Notes under the pieces: generated by a model
Seen by the model: the letters and a program-made list of their open reading frames with translations, nothing else
What the model was told of the DNA's origin: nothing
The model's database searches: none
Made by a program: the position numbers and the translations under genes
Source: the human T2T-CHM13v2.0 reference genome, Homo sapiens
Reading direction: 5' to 3' (one strand)
Assembly: GCF_009914755.1 (NCBI RefSeq)
Contig: NC_060944.1
Length of the DNA: 64,000 bases
In this document: piece by piece, positions 50,556-64,000 of the stretch
How the letters are laid out: the number at the start of each line of letters is the position of its first letter
How positions within the stretch are numbered: the first letter of the stretch is position 1

Positions 50556-51267
50556 TTAACAGTGATACCACTTGTGACCAACCAGTGCCTTCTTTCCTGG
50601 TCAGCACCCAGGGTAAGAGCAGCATGGGGGTTTGTAGCCACAGCAGAGACGCCCACACCTGCCCCTGGCATTCTCCAGCCCCTCTCAGTCCCTGCTGTTG
50701 CCACTACTAATGAAGACGACGATCCCGTCTTCCATGGTTTATCCCAAACCACGAAGACTTTAGGAATGTGAAACTGTCGGATTACTAGAGAGCCTCTAGT
50801 AATCTACACTGCCAGCACTGTAAGAACGCACACCCTGCATGACATTCCTCAATCAAATACATGAATATTTCTTTTGTAAAACACATAACACTTCACACTC
50901 AGCAGAGTGAATAGAGACCGAAACAGCCTGCATCTCCGGAGGTATGCCATCAGCAGGGTCCTCACAGACTCAAGAAAACCAGAGAAAAAATGGTTTCTAA
51001 AGGAAAACTAGCTTTGAGATTTCGGAAGTGCTGTCATGGAAGGGCAATCCCTGGGTACCTGCTTGGGACTCGCTACTTTAATCACCATGGCAATTCCATC
51101 ATTTCAGAATTACTGTCTATGAGAACTAAGCTCACCTTGAGATGCATAATTGGGAAAAAAAAAGGCCAAACAATTGTCCTTGGATATGGCTACAGTAGTG
51201 ACAGCAGAAAGCCACCCTCCCCAGAACACACATTCTCCCTTCCTCAGTCCCAGCCCTTCCCCAGCTT

Positions 51268-52540
51268 GCACTGAGGGGACACTCCTGCTCTGCCCCTGAC
51301 TCTCGCTGATGGATGCCCCCTGCTCTGTCCCCGCCAACTCTCACTGACAGGCACCCCCCTGCTCAGTCCCTTGACTCTCACTGATGGGTGGCCCCCCGTC
51401 TGGTCCCCCAACTCTCACTGGTGGCCTCCCTGTCCCCACTGACTCTCACTGGTGGCCTCCCTGCTCTGTCCCCCGACTCTCACTGGTGGGTGCCCCCCTG
51501 TCCTGTCCCCTGACTCTCACTGGTGGGCACCCCCCTGCCCTGTCCCCCGACTGTCACTGGGGGGCACCCCCCTGCCCTGTCCCCCGACTCTCACTGGTTG
51601 GCACTGCCCTGCCCCCCGACTCTCACTGGTGCGCACCCCCCTGCCCTGTCCCCTGTCACTGGTCTGTGCCCCTCTGTCCTGTCCCCTGACTCTCACTGGT
51701 GGGCGCCCCCCTGCCCTGTCCCCCAATTCTCACTGGTGGGTGCCCCTCTGCCCTGTCCCCTGTCACTGGTGGGCGCCTCTCTGCCCTGTCCCCTGACTGT
51801 CACTGGTAGGCGCCCCCCTGCCCTGTCCCCCGACTCTCACTGGTGGGCGCCCGCTTGCCCTGTCCCCCTGACTCTCACTGGTGGGCACCCCCCTACCCTG
51901 TCCCAACTCTCACTGGTGGGCGCCCCACCGCCCTGTCCCCCGACTCTCACTGGTGGGTGCCCCACTGTCCTGTCCCTTGACTCTCACTGGTGGGTGCCCC
52001 ACTGTCCTGTCCCTTGACTCTCACTGGTGGGTGCCCCACTGCCCTGTCCCCTGACTCTCACTGGTGAGTCCCCCCTTGCCCTGTCTCCCGACTCTCACTG
52101 GTGGGTGCCCCACTGCCCTGTCCCCCAACTCTCACTGGTGGGTGCCCCACTGCCCTGTCCCCTGACTCTCACTGGTGGGTGCCCCACTGCCCTGTCCCCT
52201 GACTCTCACTGGTGGGTGCCCCACTGCCCTGTCCCTCGACTCTCACTGGTGAGTGCCCCCTTGCCCTGTCCCCCGACTCTCACTGGTGGGCACCCCCCTG
52301 CCCTGTCCCCCGACTGTCACTGGGGGGCACCCCCCTACCCTGTCCCAACTCTCACTGGTGGGCGCCCCACTGCCCTGTCCCCCGACTCTCACTGGTGAGT
52401 ACCCCCTTGCCCTGTCCCCCGACTTTCACTGGTGGCCGCCCTGCCCTGCCCCCCTGACTCTCACTGGTGGCCCCCTGCCCTGTCTTGACTCTCATTGGTG
52501 GGCGGCCCACTGCCCTGTCCCCTGACTCTCACTGGTGCCC
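51268..52540. repeat. GC-rich minisatellite/VNTR with a 37-38 bp unit (GACTCTCACTGGTGGGTGCCCCACTGCCCTGTCCCCT), roughly 33-35 copies, in NINL intron 18
   Basis: 37-bp period measured between units at 51979 and 52016; repetitive ORFs appear in several frames. Confidence 0.95.
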
Positions 52541-53062
52541 CCACCCCCATCCTCTCTTGCCTCAGTGCTCAGGTTCCTGACCCTCCCCACGCCCATCCCC
52601 TCCCCCAGCTCTTGTTCACTGAAACTGATAAACCAGCAATGACCCTCTGAGGAAGGCAGAGCTGAAGCTGTTATCAGGAGAGGATCCTAGGAGCACCTCT
52701 GACCCCTACAGACACTGTTGTGGCCTCCCCCAACCCCTAAGTGCGACGTGCATCATCTCTGTGGGGTGAACGGCGCCTGTGCTAGGGCTCTGCTCGCAGT
52801 CCCGACCATGCTGTGGGCACTCTGCCTCACTTCCCACACCAAGGAGCTGGGGCGTTCAGGTGCCGCCCACACGAGGAAGGAGGCCAGAGCCTCCCACATC
52901 TGCCGAGTCGTTCAGAAGTTAACAAGGCTCATGGTTTAGGGTTTTCTGGAATGCAGGGCTAATCTGAGAACACTTCCCACTGTCTATATGGAGACTGCAT
53001 AAGGTCACTCTACGGAGGGCAAAACGCACCCCCAGAAGGTCTGGGTAGGGGCGTGGCCCTTA

Positions 53063-53329
<267 letters not shown>

Positions 53330-55533
53330 TTAACGTCTTACATCTCCCATGAGCCAAGCCACAGAAAACGGAACTTTCTTAGCTTCTACACTGCCACGCC
53401 ATCAAGTCACAAATGCACTCAGAACCTTGGGTTTTGCTTATGCTGAGTTTATAGCTGAACTGCTCCTGCATCTATGGCCTCTCACCAAACGTGTGTCCTG
53501 GTTGCCAGTGCTGGGCGTGAGTCCTCAGGTACTGCAGGGTACTCATGCCCTGGCAGTGAACTCAGTGTGGAGCTAAGAAACACAGGAATCAGAAGGCCAA
53601 GATATATGGGAAACCTTTGCTAGGTGAATCTCAAAGTGGGAAAAGGCAGGGATAGACAGCCACTATGTGAACCAAGTCTGCCTGGGCCGTCTTTGTTCTC
53701 TGACAACTCAGGGAGTCCCTGCTTGGGTAATGCCATTGATTTGATAGATGAAGATGGCAATTTACCAATGAAGATCACTAATGGGAGCCAGGAGTGGCGG
53801 CATGCATCTGTAATCCCAGCTACTGGGGAGGCTGAGGCAGGAAGACTGCTTGAGCCCAGGAGTTTGAGACCCTCCTGGGCAACATAGTGAGACCTTGTCT
53901 GTGAAAAAACAAAAAAGATCACCAGTGAAGTAGCTTAAGACCCATACTTGCTACCCAGAGAATGCATTCTTAATACTGACTGGTAAGGCTAACGTGTATT
54001 CCCCAAATAGGTCTCCATATGGTACTAGCTTCTTATTTTTTCAGTCTGAAAATACTGAAAGCCACATGATCTCACCATGTTCACTTCATGTATTTTTTTG
54101 TTTTTTCTTTGAGATGGGGTCTCATTCTGTCACCCAGGCTGGAGTACTGTGGCACGATCATGGCTCACTGCAGCCTTGAACTCCCAGGCCCAGGAGCTGG
54201 GACTACAGTAGGCATGCGCCACCACGCCTGGATAATTTTTGTTGTGGTGGAGATGGGGTCTCGATAGGTTGCCCAGGCTGGTCTCGAATTCCTGGTGATC
54301 CTCTCACCTAGGCCTCCCAAAGTGCTGGGATCACAGATGTGAGCCACCACGCCCAGCCCGCTTTATGTATTATACTTATAATAGTAAACATAAGTATCTT
54401 CTTCATATGCCTTCATTTTATCTCATGAGGAACTAAAGACAAAAATAAATAGTCACTGGAATTAAAGGCAGCAAAGGGTTTCAAGCAGGAGAGTTCTGTG
54501 TTTTTAAACTATCACTCTGGCTCTAGAATGGAGAACAAGTTGATGCAAGGCCGAAAGCTGAGGGGTGCCCTACCCCATCCCCCACATGACCACCAAACAA
54601 CTAGATCCTGCGCAAAGCTGATCGCAACCTCTGTGACTGTCCTCATGGAAAGAAAAGAAAACCTGCAAGAATCTCCAAACAAAACAAAATCCTGGAAGCT
54701 GAAACCAACGCGTGAGCACTATGCAACACAAAGCTGGGGGGACCTTGCAACCAATGCCTATGTGTCAGCACTGCTATTAGCAGAATGGAGAAGCTGCACT
54801 GTGGACACCTGCACCAGACAGGGCCCTGGAAGGAGGTTCAGACAGTCCCAGATTAGCACCTTCTCACTTCTCTGCAAAAGCAATAGCATCCCATATAAGG
54901 CTCTTTATATTCCCAGAGATTAACATCAAGCAAATATGAGCTCACAATCAAAGATCACCATAACATACATGGAGCAAAGCCACCCATAAATGACAGCAGA
55001 AGCCAGAAGCCAGAATTCAATCCTCTAGAAACTGCAGGTATTGGACTTATTAGACACAAACTAAAAATAAGTGTTATGAAATGTTTACATAAATAAAAGA
55101 CAGCAACAAACAATGAACAAGCAACAAGAAACTATTGACAATGATCAGACAGGACCAAACAGAATTTTTAGAAATGAACAAAAAGTCAATGTCAAAATAA
55201 AAACTCATGGGATGGTTTAAATAGCAGATTACACAGAGCTGAAAGAAAGAGATACTGACCTGGAACACATAGGTATGTAAAAAATACCCCAAATGTGATA
55301 CAGACAGAAGATGGAAAATATAAAAGAGAGGTTGAGACATAAAGTGAAATGCTCTAACAGTCACATATCTAATTGAAGAAAATAGTGGGAGGAGAGGATA
55401 TATATATATATATATATATATATACTTTTTTTTTGTTTTTGAGACGGAGTTTTGCTCTTGTTGCCCTGGCTGGAGTGCAATGGCGCGATCTTGGCTCACT
55501 GCAACCTCCGGAGAGGCAATATTTTAATAGTAA

Positions 55534-55701
<168 letters not shown>

Positions 55702-56514
55702 TAGCCTCCCAAATAGCTGGGACCAAAGGTGCGTGCCACCATGTGTGACTAATTTTTCTTAAGTTTTTGTAGAAAACAGTCTCCTTATGTTGCCCAGACT
55801 GATCTTGAACTCCTGGGCTCCCAGAGTCCTGGGATTATAGGTGTGAGCCACTGTGCCTGGCTGGGACAATGTTTTCTAAGTAGGATGAACAAAAAGAAAA
55901 CTATGCCTATACCCACAACATAACAATCCCATTTCTAGGTACAGCCCAACATAATGCTCCAAAAGACAAATGCAAGAACGTTCAGTGCAGTTCCATTTGT
56001 GAGAGCCAAAAACTAGGAACTACCCAAATGCCCATCAACAGGAGAAAAGAATAAACTGTGGTATGTTCACACAACAGAATACCACACAGCAATGCAAATG
56101 TATGAACTACAGCAACAACACAGATCAATCGCACAACCAGGTTGAGCCAAGAAAGTCAGACACAGAAGAGTACACACTGCATGATTCCTCTCCATAAAGT
56201 ACAAAAACAAGCAAACTGAATCTATGCTGTAAGAAGTGGTTACCCCGGGGACTCTGGTGAATTCCATCTCTTGTTCTGGGCGCTGGTAACACAGACGTGT
56301 TCAATTTGTTGACAATTCTCCTAATTGTACAAATATATACATTTTCTTATGTGTATCACACTTTAATAAAAAGTTAAAAAGAGGCTGGGCATGGTGGCTC
56401 ACACCTGTAATTTCAAGGAGGATCCACTTTGGGAGGCTGAGGCAGAAGGATCGCTTGAGGCCAGGAGTTTGAGACCAGCCTGGGCAAAATAGTGAGAGAC
56501 TATCTCTACAATGA

Positions 56515-56595
56515 ATAAAATAAAATAAAATATAAAATAAAATAATAAAATAAATAAAATAAAATAAAATAAAATAAAATAAAATAAAATAAAAC
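56515..56595. repeat. (TAAAA)n pentanucleotide repeat at an Alu tail
   Basis: Read directly from the sequence. Confidence 0.9.
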
Positions 56596-56619
56596 AAAGT
56601 GGCCAGGCCTGGTGGCTCA

Positions 56620-57072
<453 letters not shown>

Positions 57073-57598
57073 TTACACAGCAGGGGGAATGAAGGCTGCT
57101 CGTTCTCTGACTGTAGATTATTCTGGATTCTCCAGAGGAACCCAACGTAATCACAAGTGTCCTTAGAGGTAGAAAGTGGAGGCAGAAGAGTCAGTGTTGG
57201 AGTAAGGTGACATGAGGAGGACTCGGCCATCCAGGGCTGGCTTCCAGGATGGAAGGACGCCTCAAGTCAAGGCCACTGGAGAAGGTGAGGCAGGGAGCTC
57301 CCCTCGGGGCCTCTGGATGGCCCTGCAGCCCTGCCAGCACCTCATTCCTAGCCCAAGGAGACCCTTTCCTCTTCCAACCTCTAAAACTAAAACATCGCAC
57401 TTTTGTGCCTTGTTAAGCCACCAAGTCCGTGGAAATGCACACGAAGGAAGAACAGACGGACCAAGGGCCAACCATGCAGTGTCAGCAACCGGGTCTCTGA
57501 CACGGACAGCAGACATTCCAAGGGTGGAGAGGCGGCCATTTAATGGCTAGATGTGCGTTCCTAAGAATACTGTCTTACAAAAATGAAGGAACATTTAA

Positions 57599-58045
<447 letters not shown>

Positions 58046-58124
58046 TGAACTCCTGACCTCAGGTGATCCACCCACCTTGGCCTCCCAAAGTGCTGAGATT
58101 ACAGGCATGAACCACCGTGCCCTA

Positions 58125-58372
<248 letters not shown>

Positions 58373-59046
58373 TTAAAAAAGAACTTCCACCACCTCTTCT
58401 CAAACTCTTCCAAGAATTGAAGAGAAGGGAACACTTCCAAACTCATTCTATGAGGCATTACTTGATACCAAAGCCAGACAAGGACACTACAGTCCAGAAA
58501 AGAAAACTGCAGACCAATCCCTTATGATGCAAAAATTGATGCTAAAATACTCAACAAAATACTAGCAAAAGTTATTGTTTAATGGGTATACAGCCTCTTC
58601 TGGGAACAACAATGAAAAATCTTTGGAAGCGAGGGCCGGGCGCAGTGGCTCACGCCTGTAATCCCAGCACTTTGTGAGGCCAAGGCGGGCAGATCACCTT
58701 TGAGGACAGCCTGGCTAACATGGTGAAACCCCGTCTCTACTAAAAATACAAAAATTAGTCAGGCGTGGTGGCAGGTGCCTGTAATCCCAGCTACTTGGGA
58801 GGCTGATGCACAAGAATATCTTGAACCCGGAAGGTGGGTTCAGGACCCCGAAAGGCAGTCCTGCCCTCCCTCTGCCCAGTGGTAGAGCACCAGATGACCG
58901 TGGCATTCCGGGACGGGGCTGGGCTCACAACCCCTACTCAGGCTGAAGGGCTACACAGCCCCCATCAGGGGCTGCGAGCTTGTCGGCAGGAAGGGCCACA
59001 TAGCACCATTAGCAACAGGGGTCAGTGGGTTAGTTCTGCATTTTTA

Positions 59047-60144
<1,098 letters not shown>

Positions 60145-60963
60145 TCACACACCACAGCCCTGCCGCCCCCAGCCCCTCTCTCGGGTTTGAAGTCTGCCCA
60201 GCTGTTGCAACGGCTGCGACCTCCTCTCTGTGGTTGGCTTTCTTTATCCCTCCTCGCCTCCCTCAGCCCTGGCTTCAACCTATACCCTGGGCCCTACTTC
60301 AGAGTCCAGACGAGGATCCGCCCCACGGAGCGAGGTTCTGCACATGGAAGCCCAAGCACGAACCCTTTCCATGTGGAGTGTTCACATGGAAGATGGCCGC
60401 CACCATGCAGGACCTGGTTGCAGCCCCTCGGCCGTGCAGGCCACGTTCCAAGCCCTCAAGGCTCCCAACTGGACAGGGCAGACATACGACGTGGCCCGCA
60501 CTGCAGTGGGTTCTACACGATAGCGCTGGAGACCCAGAGCCAAAACTGTCCCCTAATTCCCTGAAGCTGCTGGGCCTTGGGACCTCTGGTGGCCCGCAGG
60601 AGAGTCCAGTGGAAGTGAAGTGAGAGCTGGCAAGACCACAGCACCAGAAGGGGTATGTGGTCCATGCCTGGCCAGGGCAAGGGGAGCAAGGAAGTGGTCG
60701 GAGGGCCTCCACCTCCAAGCACTGGCAGATCGGGAGCCCTGCAGAGCGGGGACAGCAGCTCCCCAGGAGCAGGCTGCTAGAGACAGCTCCGGGTGGGGGC
60801 CAGGTGCACAAGGGCCTGGATGCTGAGAGGAGAGGGGCTGCTTGTGCCTGCCCCTCTGTTCCCACTGGGGTCTGCAGGGACTCTGACCCAATCTCTTACC
60901 ACACGCTCTTGGCTTTAAGGGGAAATAGCTGAAAGCCTGGGGAGGCACAGGATGGACAGATGA

Positions 60964-61285
<322 letters not shown>

Positions 61286-61903
61286 CGGAAAGATGACTTT
61301 CTGTCAGGCTGGGGGTGGCCTGGCCAGTGTGGTGGGAGGGCCCGTCCTCTTCTAAGCCGGGGCCAATGCTCTCCACAGGACAGTGGGTGCCAGCTGAGCA
61401 GCAGCCTGTCTGCGATGACCAGGCACTTCCTCTCCTACCTCAGATGCCCCCAACAAGAACAGACGTGGTCACTTCACATGTACCTCACACCAGAACACAT
61501 AAAACACCAGCACAGGCTTTCTGTAAGCCTTCTCTCTCGCTTGCACACTTGAGCCTTTTTGGGAACCTCACTAACCCCAGCTGGCCATCTTTCCCATTGT
61601 TCAGGGCTTCAGGCCTTTCTCCATCTCCCCACATGCTACCCTGCCTGGCCCTGGAGAAGCGGGTGTCTCTGAGCGATGGAGGCAATGTTGCTGCCGGGCA
61701 CGGCTGAGGCAGAGGGTACAGAACACTGGGCTGTTTCTACACAGTGAACAGCTTCATGGCCCATGATCCAATGTATATTTTAAATTCAGAGCCAGAATCC
61801 TCATGCCAGGACCTGTTCTTTTGGCACTCACCCATCTGCCCAGAGGAAAACCACCCAGTCGGGAGGCACAGCAATTCTGAGTTGTTTCCTAAGTCTAATT
61901 TCA

Positions 61904-62245
<342 letters not shown>

Positions 62246-63163
62246 CTAAAACGAGAAACATGAGCCCCGTGGACCAGGAGACCCTAAGAATGATCTTGCT
62301 GCTGACGTAACACAGAAACACAAAGCTGCCTGGCACAACGTGCAAAGACCGGCATCCTGGCCTGCCGAGGTGCCAGGGTGTGCAGAAGGGGACAGTGACA
62401 TGAATGTTGGTGGTGCTCCCCAGGGCCTAGTGAGGTGTGAGTCACCTATCCCCCCTGAGGCAGGGCGGCAGGCAAGACAGGCAGGAAGCTCGGGGCTCAC
62501 TGGAGCATTTGGCCAAGCACTGCAAGGGACGCAGAGGGTGGAATCTTTACAGGACCTCGGGGTGGCTCTGAACAGCGTGGAGGCCCTCAGTGGAAGGAAT
62601 ACCATTCAACTATGGGTGGGCAGGGCTCGCCGGAGCTTCCAGTTAATCCTTCAGGGATCCCCAGGGCATGGCCACAGGCAGCTCCACCTAGCTGGTACCC
62701 TGACGGAGGAACTGGACACACAACAAGTCATGGACACTGTCCCTCAAAAGCCACCACAGTCTAGGAACAGAACAGGGCTAAGTTCATCCTGACAGTTTCA
62801 TCCAGGGTGGCCCTGGCCTCAAAGCCACTGAGCTACCCAGGGGGCAAATGCCAGGTCGCTCAGGCTTGGAGCACAGCCAGTAACTGATTCCCACCCACAG
62901 ACCAGCAAGGAGGGCTGGCCACGGCGCTGCGCTGCCTCAAGTATCCCCTTGTGACACTCCAGAGTATCACACCATTCCCTCCCCATCAGTCATCCTATGT
63001 CCTGTGTCCTTCCAAAGAGGGTTTGGGCAGCATGTCAGTTTTATTGCATTTCTCTACAAACTTTCCTCCCCAAAGGGGCTCACAATGAGACAAAGGATTC
63101 CAGGGCAGACGCATGTGGAAATGTCAGCGTGCCCAAGTAAAGCTGCCCAACACACAGCAGCTA

Positions 63164-63442
<279 letters not shown>

Positions 63443-64000
63443 TTAAAGTCAGCACTCGTCAGTACATAGCATTCCGTTATTTATCAGAACACTCAGAGAT
63501 GAGACTAGGTGGCTCCCCACATGATTCACAGGAGCCCCTTTAGTCCCTAAAATATGCTGTGCTATGGTACATTTACTGCACCCTAAATCCTGTTCCCTGA
63601 AGATGCCAGGGTCACGGAGGAAATGGAAGGACATAATGGCCTGTGGCACAGCAGATGCCCGGTGGTGCAGAGCTTTAGATGATGTGCCGATGACCACAGC
63701 TGTGTGCACGGAGGTTATCTATCTATTTAGATAACCTTTCCTTGGTGGCCCTACATTATTATTTCATCACATAAACGATGCCAAGTTCTGAGAGGCAGTT
63801 CTGGCACACTAACCCCTGCTGGAATTAGCGCTCTGAGACTGACGGGCAGGGAGGTGTGACAGCCAGCGGCATCCAGGTGGGACGTCAATGGGGCTACGGA
63901 CCCACAGGCACCACCCTGGGTGCAGGCAATCCTGGATATGTGCGTTTCTGGGATGGGTGGCCGGTGGGGTCTTGCACCTCCCTGCAGCTTCCTGAGAGTC

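Noticed and set aside
51384-52525. Cys/Pro/Trp-rich repetitive ORFs
   Set aside because: Conceptual translation of the 37-bp VNTR; the unit length is not a multiple of 3 and all frames give the same motifs
51268-52540. Possible CRISPR-like array or tandem CTCF sites
   Set aside because: Contiguous units with no unique spacers, in a human intron. TCACTGGTGGGCGC misses key CTCF positions, including the central A

Overview
Human genomic DNA (chr20p11.21 by gene identity) with two convergent protein-coding genes. On the + strand is the 3' part of GINS1/PSF1: coding exons 3-7, stop at 29065-29067, and an Alu-rich 3' UTR ending about 31635. On the - strand is the 3' part of NINL (ninein-like/Nlp): ten exons (15-24 in standard numbering), stop at 36528-36530, poly(A) signal at 35793-35798. 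All exons were placed by GT-AG boundaries, with phases checked to join in frame. The rest is mostly Alu (dozens, often nested or inverted), old L1M, MaLR/ERV solo LTRs, MER DNA transposons, microsatellites and a ~1.25 kb 37-bp VNTR in NINL intron 18. Apart from the real exons, the long ORFs in the track are Alu, VNTR or GC-rich shadow ORFs. I see no convincing new gene or multi-gene system. The most unusual structures are: two inverted AluSp elements inside one target-site duplication; a 57-bp inverted templated insertion inside an Alu; an L1 carrying an apparent 3' transduction; face-to-face poly(A) signals at the NINL 3' end, with a perfect U1 site in the 3' UTR and a strong acceptor beyond the signal; and a NINL haplotype that appears to be non-reference (WE958-959del, R969G, R1366H). 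Exon numbers, residue numbers and repeat family names come from recall of the reference proteins and consensus sequences, not from a search.
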